A DNA stretch of 44,400 nucleotides from a virus: positions 1-44,400 of the IMG/VR virus record IMGVR_UViG_3300037502_000804, one strand, 5' to 3'. Positions within the stretch are counted from its first letter, which is position 1. Every line of letters begins with the position of its first letter. Shown here piece after piece: positions 32,963-42,675 of the stretch. Below the pieces are notes generated by a model. It ran no database searches, had not been told where the DNA came from, and was given only the letters and a program-made list of their open reading frames with translations. The position numbers were made by a program, and so were the translations under genes.

Positions 32963-33312
32963 AAACCATGTTTCTAAACCCAAAAACTTGGGATTTAGCC
33001 TTAGACACACAAGGGAATATTGCTGTAGCTACCGAAGAGTACCAACAAGCGCAAGACATTGCGTGTTCATGTCGTGTTTTTCTTGGAGATGACTATTACA
33101 ATAAGAATGATGGAATCCCTTATTTAGAGTCAATCATGGGTAAATTTGGCTATCCAATCTCTTTATATCAGCGCCATTTACAAGAAAGATCGTTGCTTGT
33201 TTCTGGTGTAGTATCGGTTAATGTAAAATTGGCTTTGGATAAGGATCGTGTAGCGTCTGGATCTATTGAGTTTACAAATGATAAAAATCTTAGCGGAGTA
33301 GTGGGCTTATGA
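32959..33312 (+). CDS. Baseplate wedge protein (gpW/gp25-like)
   Basis: Size, synteny, and a WDLALDTQGNIAV...AQDI pattern. Confidence 0.5.
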   Translation: MKTMFLNPKTWDLALDTQGNIAVATEEYQQAQDIACSCRVFLGDDYYNKNDGIPYLESIMGKFGYPISLYQRHLQERSLLVSGVVSVNVKLALDKDRVASGSIEFTNDKNLSGVVGL

Positions 33313-34493
33313 TCCCAAAGATAGAAATAACTGATGTTGGTTACTCGGTTCCAGATACCGAACAAATCAATAATGGCACATGGGAAATGATTGATGACTC
33401 CTTTGGGGGCAATGTTTCTCGCGTTCAAGGTTCGCCACAGTACCAATTAAACACTTCATGGACTGCTGTAATTAAAGATTGTTATGACAAGCTTGTTTAT
33501 CTAGCTAACCAATATGATCCACGTTATGCGCAAGGTATTTTTCAGGATGCTATTGGTGAGCTTTATTTTTTAACAAGAAAGCTTGCTACCCGTTCTCAAT
33601 GCCCTGTTGTGTTTGAGGGCTTGTCTGGTGCTCCTATTCCAGAAGGTTTTGCCGTTCAGGATTTGTCTGGTCGAACTTGGCGAACTAATGGAACGTACAA
33701 TATTGGCTCAAATGGCAAAGTGACTATTACAGTAACTTGTGATGAAGCTGGAGCTATTGAAGCACTACCTAACTCTATTGTTGTTATCCCGACATCTATT
33801 AACGGTCTTGATCGTGTTTACAATGAAGATAGCGCAGTGATGGGATATGATGAAGAAAGTCGTGTTGATTTTGAGGTTCGTAGAAAAGAGTCTGTAGCAA
33901 TCAATTCTAAAATGACTGATTCAGCTACACTTGGCGCAGTTTTGGCAGTTCGTGATGTTGTAGATGCTTATGTAATCTCAAACCCGACCGATGCGACTGT
34001 AACAGTAGGCTCAACAAATTATCCATTAATTCGAAATTCTATCTGTGTTTCTGTTGTTGGTGGCAATGATTATGATGTAGCAAAAGCCGCTTTTATTAAA
34101 GCTGGTACTGGCTGCTCTTGGAATGGCAATACAGACGTGACAGTAATTGCTGAGGATTATCCATCTAACCCGCCACAATATCCAATTAAGATTTTACGTC
34201 CTGATTTTCTTGATATTTGGGTAAAAGTTATTGTTAAAGATAAAGATGCGATTTCTTACACTATTGAGCAAGAAGTCATTAATCATATTCTGACTAGCGC
34301 CGCTTCGGGTGAAAACAAGGTTCGTATTGGTAAGGATTTTATACCAGCCGATTATATCTGTGGTATGCCGAAAATCGGATTAAAAGGAATTGTGGCAAGT
34401 ACGGATAATGCCACATGGGTTAATGAAATCCCTATTGGTATTGATCAATTCCCATCTTTAAATTCTTTTAGAATTTCTATTGAGGAAAGTTAA
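33309..34493 (+). CDS. Baseplate J-like protein
   Basis: Size and synteny after the W-like gene. Confidence 0.55.
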   Translation: MIPKIEITDVGYSVPDTEQINNGTWEMIDDSFGGNVSRVQGSPQYQLNTSWTAVIKDCYDKLVYLANQYDPRYAQGIFQDAIGELYFLTRKLATRSQCPVVFEGLSGAPIPEGFAVQDLSGRTWRTNGTYNIGSNGKVTITVTCDEAGAIEALPNSIVVIPTSINGLDRVYNEDSAVMGYDEESRVDFEVRRKESVAINSKMTDSATLGAVLAVRDVVDAYVISNPTDATVTVGSTNYPLIRNSICVSVVGGNDYDVAKAAFIKAGTGCSWNGNTDVTVIAEDYPSNPPQYPIKILRPDFLDIWVKVIVKDKDAISYTIEQEVINHILTSAASGENKVRIGKDFIPADYICGMPKIGLKGIVASTDNATWVNEIPIGIDQFPSLNSFRISIEES

Positions 34494-35119
34494 TGGAGAA
34501 TATTAAAGATACGATAATGTCGCAGTACGCACACAGCCCTACAATATTGGCACTTATTGATGGCATTAATGAAGTAATAGATCCTCAATATTTTATTGAT
34601 GATTTTTATGAAAAGGTTTATCGCTTATCTAGCGCTGAAGGCTTTGGCTTAGATATTTGGGCGGATAAGGTTGGTGTTTCTCGCTTTGCCAGAACTGCCG
34701 ACCCTAATGCAAAGACATGGGGATTCCAGCCAGATTACCAGCCATTTAATACCTATCCATTTTCTGATGGTGGCGCATTTGCCTCTTATCGTTTAACCGA
34801 TGCGGACTTAAGAAAGTTAATCATCATCAAGGCGGCTTCAAATATCCTCTATGCAACCGCATGGAATATTAATAAGTTTTTGCTAATGGTTTTTGATGGT
34901 CGTAAGGCTTATTACGATATTGTGAGTCATATGTCAGCCGAATATGTTTTTGAGTTTGCATTAACTCCATTTGATCGACTTATTGTCTATACTCTTAAAA
35001 TGTTGCCAATGCCTTCAGGTGTTGGAATATCATATAAAGAGATTGATGTGGATAGAACATTTGGCTTTAATGGCTCAGAGTTGAGCAACTTTAACAATGG
35101 AGTTTTCTATAGTGGCTAA
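34493..35119 (+). CDS. Baseplate/tail protein I-like (DUF2612-type)
   Basis: Synteny after the J-like gene. Confidence 0.45.
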   Translation: MENIKDTIMSQYAHSPTILALIDGINEVIDPQYFIDDFYEKVYRLSSAEGFGLDIWADKVGVSRFARTADPNAKTWGFQPDYQPFNTYPFSDGGAFASYRLTDADLRKLIIIKAASNILYATAWNINKFLLMVFDGRKAYYDIVSHMSAEYVFEFALTPFDRLIVYTLKMLPMPSGVGISYKEIDVDRTFGFNGSELSNFNNGVFYSG

Positions 35120-35948
35120 TCCTATATTTATCCCGATAGCATTTGCTGCTAACGGAATTAAGAATCTTATTCAAAAGGTTCGGCAAGTCGGGCAAGATCC
35201 AGAGGATTTTACATGGAACGAAGGCGCGCCCTTAATTACTATGACAAAAATCGAAGATGGCGGCAAGGCACCAAAAGGTCAGGACGTAAATGGCGTTCTT
35301 AATGCTCTGTCCGAGCACGTCATCTATGGGCAAAATGGCAACCGTTACACATGGTCACAAGATGTTGTGGATGAATTTGGTGGATACGCATTAGGCGCAA
35401 TTGTTCAATCCGATGATACCACAAAAGAATTTAGAAGCCTTGTAGCTAATAACACGGTAAACCCGAATAATGGGCTTGGTGGGGCTTGGGAGGTTTATAG
35501 CGGGCAAGGAAGCATTCCGACTGCAACAAGTACAACCGCAGGCATTACGAAGGTTTTAAATGTCTTAAATAGTAATGATGTTGGATCTGCTTTAAGTGCT
35601 GCTCAAGGTAAAGCTCTGAAAGACATCTTTGATAAGTTTTCGCTTAATACTGGGACAGATGGAGAGCTGAAAATACCTATTGGCAATTTGACATTTGTTG
35701 CTAAATGGGGGAAAACCCCAAATCAAGATGTTCCATCAAGTGGATCTCCTGTTAGTGTATCATTTGCAACAGCATTCCCGAATGCATGCTTAAATCTACA
35801 ATTAACACCAGACGCAACTGGCGGCACCAATCCAAATGCATTTGCATCGGTTTTAACAAAAAGTCGAACAGGATTTACCGCTTACTTATACGAATACACA
35901 CCAACAACACAGAATGTTGGCATTTCATGGCTTGCAATAGGATACTAA
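35097..35948 (+). CDS. Tail fibre protein (short)
   Basis: N-terminal anchor domain is homologous to that of the next gene. Contains the fibre motif TTAGITKV...SAAQGKALKD. Confidence 0.65.
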   Translation: MEFSIVANPIFIPIAFAANGIKNLIQKVRQVGQDPEDFTWNEGAPLITMTKIEDGGKAPKGQDVNGVLNALSEHVIYGQNGNRYTWSQDVVDEFGGYALGAIVQSDDTTKEFRSLVANNTVNPNNGLGGAWEVYSGQGSIPTATSTTAGITKVLNVLNSNDVGSALSAAQGKALKDIFDKFSLNTGTDGELKIPIGNLTFVAKWGKTPNQDVPSSGSPVSVSFATAFPNACLNLQLTPDATGGTNPNAFASVLTKSRTGFTAYLYEYTPTTQNVGISWLAIGY

Positions 35949-35949
35949 T

Positions 35950-38241
35950 ATGACCAATCCAACACTTATTACAACCCCATTCGCTGAAAATGGCGATAAA
36001 AACATTATTCCAGAATCAGTTGGCGCTAACCCGCAAAATGCAACTATGCAAGCTGGATTCCCGCCAATCACTCAACAAAAGATTTCTGAGGGTGGTATTC
36101 CGCCTGAGCGAAATGATTTTAATGGAATTCTAAATTTATATGGTCAGCACATTGTTCACTTAAACAAGGGCTTGCCTTATGAATTTGACCAATCCTTTGC
36201 TGATGCAATTGGTGGCTATCCATTAAATGCCCGCTTGATGCTTGATAACGGGGATATTGTTCAATCAACAATTGCTAATAATGTCAATAATCCAAATTCA
36301 AACATGAATGGATGGGTTAAAAAAGGGAATTTAATTGAAGTTGAATCAATTTCTGAATTGCTTGATATTCAAAATCCAAAGGATGGCGATGTGGTTTTGG
36401 TTTTGTCTTATTACGCTGGTGAAAATAAAGGTGGTGACAATTTCTATTTTGATTCAACGAAAGTTTCTACAAACAACGGTGTAACAATCTTTAATGGTTG
36501 GATTCGTGACTTGTCAGATAAAGTGCTTTCAACTGATGATGCAGGTCTAAAAGGGGATGGTACAGATACAGATGTAACTAGCAGATTACGTACTTTTGCG
36601 CAATTAGCATCACGTAACGGTTTTACAGTTCAGATAATTGGAACATATTACCCGTCCTCAAGCATCGTTTTCAGCAATGCTGTAGATTTAAAAATTGTCG
36701 GCATTAACTCGAAAATCGAAGCAGATCGCGCAAACTGGACGTTTGACGGTACAAAACGTGGTGTGATCTATGCAAATGACTGCCCAAACATTGTTATTAG
36801 TAATTTAAAAGATATTAAGGGCGTAACACTTACAAATTACAACATCCCGTTGGGCGAAGCGAGAATGCAGGATGGCGATGCTGGAATACAACTTGTACGT
36901 TGTGATAACAATATCATAATGCACTGTGGTGTTAGCTATGTGAAAACATGGGGCATTCTTGCTGAATCATGTAAGCAATCAACGATTATTTATAACAATA
37001 TTTCTAAATGCTTGCGCCAATCAGGTATCAATGCAATCGTCAACTCCTCTGGCGAGGGTACTATTATTGCGCACAACAATATTTCTGAGTGCGGCTTGTA
37101 TGCTATTGAGTTGGAAACACAAGTTGCAAGTAAGGGAAAACATTTAGTACACGATAATATTATTTATAACTGCCAAGTTGGGATTTCTGGAGTCGGGAAA
37201 CTCTTTGATACATCAATTCATGACAATATGATTACTGATTGTGCGCAGGCATTTTTAACAGTTAATACTAATCAGACAGCAACAAAATCGGAGAGATTAA
37301 AAATATACGATAACATTGTATTGCGATGTGCGAGTGGTTATCGTTATAGCGGAACGTGGTATGCAGATTTTTATGACAACACGCTTGACGGTGCGAATGT
37401 TCCAGCATATGGATTAACAAGCCCATACCATGCTGTTGAGCAATTGATTGATTCAACCTCTTTTAAGTCGATTCGTGATTTCACCGTTGGATCAACTATC
37501 TACATTAATGATGTTGCATACACGGTCACAGCAAGCAGTAGTGCTACTGATACAGAATTCGGCGCGGGTACTGTTTACACAATCACGGTAAATAATGCGT
37601 TAACTGGAGTACAAAATGGCGATGCTATCAAAACGCCAATGACTGTGCAGAAATGTATTGATGCTTGGTATCTTGAGAATCGTTACACAAATATTGAGAG
37701 AAACACTGTCCGCAATTACCCTTCTGGTTACTATACGCAGCCAACAATGGTTACTGGCGCAGGGAATACAGTAGCTAAAAACAGATTTATCGATTGTACT
37801 AATGCAATTAATAGTCCAACTGATACACAAGGTATTAGTTTCTTAAACAATGAATATGTACGTTGTACAAACAACCCTATTCACGTTAACCAAGTTATTC
37901 GAGGGCAAACATCTATTAAGTGGTTCAATGTTGAAAATCCTGTCCCAGTAACGGCTGGAGGCACAAAATGGTCTATCAACTTTAATGTTGAAGATGATTT
38001 GTTCTATCAGGCTGTGGATTTGTATATTTTCAACTCAGGAACTTCAAGTGGAACAATTGTTGTTCAGCTAGATGGCGTTGATTTAACACAAAGAAACGTG
38101 TCAGCAAGCGGTACAGTCAATGCGTTGAATAATCTAACGAGTATTCAAAAGCTGACTAGAGGGGCGCATACTTTGCGTATTATTGATACTACTGGCGCAT
38201 TCTCTTGTGCGTTTTGGCGCATTGGATTTAAGTGTATATAG
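35950..38241 (+). CDS. Tailspike with right-handed beta-helix (putative capsule depolymerase)
   Basis: Conserved N-terminal anchor (TPFAENGDKNIIPE...GGIPPERNDFNGILN). Repeated xNNIxxC / HDNxIxxC beta-helix rungs. Confidence 0.7.
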   Translation: MTNPTLITTPFAENGDKNIIPESVGANPQNATMQAGFPPITQQKISEGGIPPERNDFNGILNLYGQHIVHLNKGLPYEFDQSFADAIGGYPLNARLMLDNGDIVQSTIANNVNNPNSNMNGWVKKGNLIEVESISELLDIQNPKDGDVVLVLSYYAGENKGGDNFYFDSTKVSTNNGVTIFNGWIRDLSDKVLSTDDAGLKGDGTDTDVTSRLRTFAQLASRNGFTVQIIGTYYPSSSIVFSNAVDLKIVGINSKIEADRANWTFDGTKRGVIYANDCPNIVISNLKDIKGVTLTNYNIPLGEARMQDGDAGIQLVRCDNNIIMHCGVSYVKTWGILAESCKQSTIIYNNISKCLRQSGINAIVNSSGEGTIIAHNNISECGLYAIELETQVASKGKHLVHDNIIYNCQVGISGVGKLFDTSIHDNMITDCAQAFLTVNTNQTATKSERLKIYDNIVLRCASGYRYSGTWYADFYDNTLDGANVPAYGLTSPYHAVEQLIDSTSFKSIRDFTVGSTIYINDVAYTVTASSSATDTEFGAGTVYTITVNNALTGVQNGDAIKTPMTVQKCIDAWYLENRYTNIERNTVRNYPSGYYTQPTMVTGAGNTVAKNRFIDCTNAINSPTDTQGISFLNNEYVRCTNNPIHVNQVIRGQTSIKWFNVENPVPVTAGGTKWSINFNVEDDLFYQAVDLYIFNSGTSSGTIVVQLDGVDLTQRNVSASGTVNALNNLTSIQKLTRGAHTLRIIDTTGAFSCAFWRIGFKCI

Positions 38242-38292
38242 CATGTGATAAATCACCACAAGTTTTATCTTATTTAAGGATGTTTCTTGTAG

Positions 38293-38301
38293 TGTTATTA
38301 T
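38293..38301 (+). promoter_or_regulatory. Extended -10 promoter TGtTATTAT for the lysis cassette
   Basis: Read from the sequence, 30 nt before GTG 38331. Confidence 0.4.
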
Positions 38302-38330
38302 AAGTAAAACTTATATAGGATGAATCTATA

Positions 38331-38666
38331 GTGGATTTTGTTAGCATGATTCTGGAGTGGCTAAAAGCTCATGTAGGCGTAATATTTATGGGGGTGGCTG
38401 GAGCAACAGTCACCGCCCTAGTGCCTTCTGGCAAGCCGTTAGCTGAACGAGTTATTAGCTGGGTTGTTGGTGTCATATTGTGTGCAGCACTTTCAACACC
38501 AACGGCTGGGCTTCTAACTGGTGGTGGCTATGTCGAAGTTTTCGGCTTTATTTACGGAATGGGTGGCATTACGTTAGCAAAAATGCTAATTAAAGCTATC
38601 GAAAAGCGTAGTAAGGTAGAGATTGAATCTAAAACGGGAGTGAAGTTAGATGATGACGTTTCTTAA
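38331..38666 (+). CDS. Putative holin/lysis membrane protein
   Basis: Multiple TM segments and a charged C-terminus, upstream of the endolysin gene. ATG 38346 is an alternative start. Confidence 0.55.
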   Translation: MDFVSMILEWLKAHVGVIFMGVAGATVTALVPSGKPLAERVISWVVGVILCAALSTPTAGLLTGGGYVEVFGFIYGMGGITLAKMLIKAIEKRSKVEIESKTGVKLDDDVS

Positions 38667-38925
38667 TTACCTAAGCTTTTTTTTGATTACTGGCAGCTTG
38701 ATGTTTGTGGTATTTCATCCAAAAATTAGCTTCCCCGTTCATGTCGATGTAATCATGTTTATGCTTGCGATTGGTGTTACTGCAATGTTCATCAATACAC
38801 TACAAGGCAGAGATTTTTACGGACACATGCAAGACGCTGAAATATTAGTCCGTCTTGGTCTTGGTTGCTTAACAGTCCGATTTATTCATGAATACTTAAA
38901 GGTGAAGAAACATGAAAATGACTAA
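38650..38925 (+). CDS. Second lysis-cassette membrane protein
   Basis: Hydrophobic ORF that overlaps both neighbours. Confidence 0.5.
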   Translation: MMTFLNYLSFFLITGSLMFVVFHPKISFPVHVDVIMFMLAIGVTAMFINTLQGRDFYGHMQDAEILVRLGLGCLTVRFIHEYLKVKKHEND

Positions 38926-39520
38926 GGGTGGATTCGCTATTCTTAGAGACTCTCTAGGAAGGCTAACAGAAAGCCAAGTTGCTGAAATCAACTTCATCGT
39001 GGATGCAATGGATAAAGATAAGTCTATATCTTATTCACAAGGTGCATATGTGTTAGCAACAACATGGTGGGAAACAGCAAAAACCATGTTGCCTATTTCT
39101 GAATATGGAAAAGGAAAGGGGAGGCCTTATGGAACATGGTACAAAAATAGTAAAGATCAATTGTACACCTTCAAAGATGGGTCAAAGACTACGGCTTATT
39201 TGCAAGAATCCTACCCGCATTTATATTATGGTCGTGGCTACGTTCAGCTTACTTGGTTTGATAACTATGAGAAAGCTTCTAAAAAACTAGAACATGACTT
39301 TTTGTCAAATCCAGACGATGTTATGAAAAAAGAATATGCAATCCAAATTCTTTTAACTGGCATGAAGGAAGGTTGGTTTACTGGTAAAAAGCTATCTGAC
39401 TATATCTATCAATCTAAAAAGGATTATGTTAGTGCAAGACGAATCATTAATGGATCAGATAAAGCGCAAAAGATTGCTGAAATCGCTCTTATTTTTGAGC
39501 GTGCTTTGCGTAGCTTGTAG
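38912..39520 (+). CDS. Endolysin (GH19/LysAB2-like)
   Basis: YGRGYVQLTWFDNY matches the GH19-type GRG.xQLT...NY motif. The C-terminus IFERALRSL is as in Acinetobacter phage lysins, from memory. Confidence 0.75.
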   Translation: MKMTKGGFAILRDSLGRLTESQVAEINFIVDAMDKDKSISYSQGAYVLATTWWETAKTMLPISEYGKGKGRPYGTWYKNSKDQLYTFKDGSKTTAYLQESYPHLYYGRGYVQLTWFDNYEKASKKLEHDFLSNPDDVMKKEYAIQILLTGMKEGWFTGKKLSDYIYQSKKDYVSARRIINGSDKAQKIAEIALIFERALRSL

Positions 39521-39590
39521 TGGCTGCACCGCCCGCTCAATCAAAAATAACATTCACGTTGTTGTTTGCGTTCAATGTGTGAATTAAGAA

Positions 39591-39614
39591 AGCCCCATTA
39601 CGGGGCTTGTTTTT
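39591..39614. terminator. Bidirectional terminator between convergent lysis and leftward operons
   Basis: agcccc-attac-ggggct stem-loop with T-rich flanks on both strands. Confidence 0.7.
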
Positions 39615-39843
39615 ATTTCTTAATCAACCTTACTGCTGTAGCACCAAATTCATCACAAGCAGCATTCCATCCAAACTTGTGACCCTTTTCAAAACCATTT
39701 TTATAAAAAGCATAGAAACAACGCCAATGCTTATCTATATTTTCATCTTCAAATTTATAACGATGCTTATCGCAATCTTGATAATTCATATTAGATGCAT
39801 CTACACCTAGAAAACCCAATGACTTTACAAATTTATCAAGCAC
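39613..39843 (-). CDS. Hypothetical protein
   Basis: ORF, last gene of the leftward operon. Confidence 0.55.
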   Translation of the reverse strand: MLDKFVKSLGFLGVDASNMNYQDCDKHRYKFEDENIDKHWRCFYAFYKNGFEKGHKFGWNAACDEFGATAVRLIKK

Positions 39844-40375
39844 TGTAGTTTCCCTCCATTGAGTCTTGATAGATTTTTAAAACATCATTGTAATTTTTAT
39901 CCGTACTTTTTACAAATACCCCATTCCATAGAATCCCTTTACGGTCCTTGATGTCATTGTAGGCGATTTGGACGCATCCTTCTAAATCCAAACCTGTTTT
40001 TAAACAGAATGATAGTAATGCTGTGATGCAATCTGCAAAACACTCTTTATCCTGTTCTGCTGAAAATTGAGATAACGCATAACCTAAAGTTACAATAATA
40101 TCCTTTGGCTCGTATTCTACATCAGCAACCTTAAATTCGACTTTACTAAAACCTAGATTTAATTGCTTTGCCATAATAGTCAACACTACAAATACATCGC
40201 CAACCCCATCAATAATTCCATCTAAATTTGATTTTGCAATTGAGTCTGCAAGCTCACCAAACTCACTGAACAACTTCATAGCTTGGTCAATTGGCTTTGA
40301 ACCTTTAATAATATTACGATCTGATGCCCATTGCTCGATTTGTTTAATTAACTGTTCCATTACTTTCTCCACCAA
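39836..40375 (-). CDS. MazG-like nucleotide pyrophosphohydrolase
   Basis: WASDRNI...KLFSEFGELADSI...DGVGDVFVVLTIMA matches the MazG pattern. Confidence 0.65.
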   Translation of the reverse strand: MVEKVMEQLIKQIEQWASDRNIIKGSKPIDQAMKLFSEFGELADSIAKSNLDGIIDGVGDVFVVLTIMAKQLNLGFSKVEFKVADVEYEPKDIIVTLGYALSQFSAEQDKECFADCITALLSFCLKTGLDLEGCVQIAYNDIKDRKGILWNGVFVKSTDKNYNDVLKIYQDSMEGNYSA

Positions 40376-40524
40376 ATTTTTTCACGAATAGGATTAAATT
40401 TACGTTGATCATCTTGTTTTCTTTGCACGTATCGTTTTCTCTTGTATGCCTCATATAAATATAAGACAACCACAAAAACAAAACTCAATGCAAAGGATAA
40501 TAAAATCATTGCTATTGGATTCAT
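40360..40524 (-). CDS. Small membrane protein (54 aa)
   Basis: Start trimmed to the ATGA-overlapping ATG 40524. One TM helix and a basic tail. Confidence 0.5.
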   Translation of the reverse strand: MNPIAMILLSFALSFVFVVVLYLYEAYKRKRYVQRKQDDQRKFNPIREKIWWRK

Positions 40525-40733
40525 TTTGGTCTTTCCTCTAGGCTTTCTCTCCAGCTTCCTTGATAGGCAGGCATCCAACCATTGTATGGAAAATACAGAA
40601 AATCCGAAGTGTGCATGAATTTCCCAAACTCCTTTTCTTCCGGCATCGAGCTATATCCAAATACCACGCCATTACTATCTGTTGCAATCCAATTAACTTC
40701 TTTCGGCACACTGGACCAATCATATTTACTCAT
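40521..40733 (-). CDS. Small protein paralogous to the C-terminus of 8925-9311
   Basis: YDWSSVPKEVNWIATDSNG...YQGSWRESLEERPK. Confidence 0.55.
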   Translation of the reverse strand: MSKYDWSSVPKEVNWIATDSNGVVFGYSSMPEEKEFGKFMHTSDFLYFPYNGWMPAYQGSWRESLEERPK

Positions 40734-41023
40734 CTCTTTAACTCCAAATATCGTTGCCCTCTATTACGCATCACTTCTAACGCGCCTTCACGTTTTAAAT
40801 TCTTGATAAATTCCACTCCATATTTAAGCCATTGCGTTAAAAACAATTCATATCGCTCTTTGCAATAGTCGTTAATTTCATAATGATCAGCATCCGAAAA
40901 ATAAATTTCAGCCACCTTTCCGTTTTTACGCATAACAATATTGCCTTTACGCTCGTTTAAGTTGTGGCCGCCTTTCTGCATCCAAACAACAAACATAAAG
41001 ACTAGTGACTCTTTTATTTTCAT
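40730..41023 (-). CDS. Hypothetical protein
   Basis: ORF. Confidence 0.55.
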   Translation of the reverse strand: MKIKESLVFMFVVWMQKGGHNLNERKGNIVMRKNGKVAEIYFSDADHYEINDYCKERYELFLTQWLKYGVEFIKNLKREGALEVMRNRGQRYLELKR

Positions 41024-41779
41024 TTATCCTCCAAAAACTAAAGTCTTGGCATACTCTCGAGCCATTTCGACTTTTAGTTTAATTAAGTCAATTTTCTTTT
41101 GATCATATTCAACCTTATACGATGAAATACGATCACTAGGATTCATTTCTAAAACATAATCAATATGCAAATATTCATCATCATATCGAGTTAAGCACTC
41201 TTTAGGTGTTGGCATTAGGATAAAATCAAGATAAGCCTCATTAATAATTTTCGGCTCGTAATCGTGATTCTCTCTTAATAGATTCATATATCCCAATTGT
41301 TGCCAATCATAACCAGCATCTAAAGCCTTACTCTCAATATCCTCTTTAAAATACTCCATAGTCCAATATGACCACGGACACTTTGTATCACGTATTGCTG
41401 TGTTAGTAATAATGTCTGGTTCGCCAGTAATCCAGTCATTAGTAAAGCGAATCGTATTTTTTTCAGCACTAATAAACTTCTGTTGCATCAAAAACAAGAT
41501 TGCGTCATCTTCAACTAAATTCCCTTTTCTTGTCTCTTTACTTCCAGTAAACTTGCTTGGAGCCTTATGTCTTAACTGCCTAACTTTTTCCTTGACCAAT
41601 GTTTTAGCAGTAGCCGATAAAGTTATATCCAAAAGATCATCTAAAATCTTTTGTTCTTCATCGGTACGTTTTTTCTTTGCCTTTATTGATTGAACTTCTT
41701 CTGTGAGAAATGCAGAGTCAATAGACTTTGCATTTCCCATTAGTCGATGTAGTTCAGAACATCGAAAAATTAGATTCAT
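41024..41779 (-). CDS. YqaJ/lambda-Exo-like PD-(D/E)XK exonuclease
   Basis: GEPDIITNTAIRDTKCP motif. Adjacent to recT. Confidence 0.6.
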   Translation of the reverse strand: MNLIFRCSELHRLMGNAKSIDSAFLTEEVQSIKAKKKRTDEEQKILDDLLDITLSATAKTLVKEKVRQLRHKAPSKFTGSKETRKGNLVEDDAILFLMQQKFISAEKNTIRFTNDWITGEPDIITNTAIRDTKCPWSYWTMEYFKEDIESKALDAGYDWQQLGYMNLLRENHDYEPKIINEAYLDFILMPTPKECLTRYDDEYLHIDYVLEMNPSDRISSYKVEYDQKKIDLIKLKVEMAREYAKTLVFGG

Positions 41780-42675
41780 AGCGCCTCAACTATTTTCTTT
41801 TGTTCTTCGCTTAATGCGTAAATATCTGGATTTAAAGCATGCTCTTTAGTTAAACTGCCAGCTTCAATAGCCGCCACGAATTGTGGGAATTGATCCTCAG
41901 AAATCAATCGAGCTAATGGCTTTTCACCCTCTTGATCATTATCAACATATGAAGCTTCGCCATCTTCATTAATCACAGCTTGATCAAATTCAATCGCTTG
42001 TTGAAGCTCAACCGACATAGGCGCATATTTTGAGATAAGCAACTTAATAACAGTCTTTTGACACATTGCATCCCAATTCTGATGCCATACAGAATAGCTT
42101 TGCCCTTTCGACTTTGCGGTCTTATACGTCTGACTATACTTGCTTGCATGCTGCTCAAGATCCTCATTAGTCATTGTTAAATGAGCTTCAAACCCTGTCA
42201 CAGTCTCAAGATAAGCCAGATACCCAATAACTTCGCCACTAACCTTTTGTGGGATGAATGAAGTTAAACGAGCTTTTACGCTTTCTTCTGTGTCAGTGTC
42301 ATAAACCGCAATTGAGGCAATCTTTTTAATCTGACCAGAGCGTTGTGCTAATTGCAAGTAGCCTTTCCACCCCATCTGAAATTGTGCTTCTTGATTGCCA
42401 GTTTGTCGATTTTTGAACGGAACAATATAAGCAAAACCAAGATTGTTATTTAGTGGCAAATTAAGCGCACAAGCCGTATAAACAGCGCCTATTACAGATT
42501 CAGGAGTTGATTGCGCCAATAACCCGTTTGAATTAATAACCTGCATTACAGACGTAATATAGCTATCAGATTTACGCCCTATCATTTCTTCAATGCGTTT
42601 CATCACCGATGGATTGCTAAGCGTTTGTTTAATCGCTAATGCATTTTGTTTTTGCTGCTGTGTTAGATTACTCAT
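41776..42675 (-). CDS. recT: RecT-family single-strand annealing protein
   Basis: N-terminal and central RecT-like sequence (LNLPLNNNLGFAYIVPF). Paired with the exonuclease gene. Confidence 0.75.
   Translation of the reverse strand: MSNLTQQQKQNALAIKQTLSNPSVMKRIEEMIGRKSDSYITSVMQVINSNGLLAQSTPESVIGAVYTACALNLPLNNNLGFAYIVPFKNRQTGNQEAQFQMGWKGYLQLAQRSGQIKKIASIAVYDTDTEESVKARLTSFIPQKVSGEVIGYLAYLETVTGFEAHLTMTNEDLEQHASKYSQTYKTAKSKGQSYSVWHQNWDAMCQKTVIKLLISKYAPMSVELQQAIEFDQAVINEDGEASYVDNDQEGEKPLARLISEDQFPQFVAAIEAGSLTKEHALNPDIYALSEEQKKIVEAL

Noticed and set aside
39105-39290. Embedded ORF in the endolysin gene as a possible spanin
   Set aside because: It has no lipobox, signal sequence or SD. No convincing spanin pair could be identified anywhere, so that remains unresolved.
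39520-39613. Expected integrase/attP region between the lysis genes and the leftward operon
   Set aside because: Only a bidirectional terminator is present. No recombinase-like ORF was found anywhere in the window, so no lysogeny module is called.
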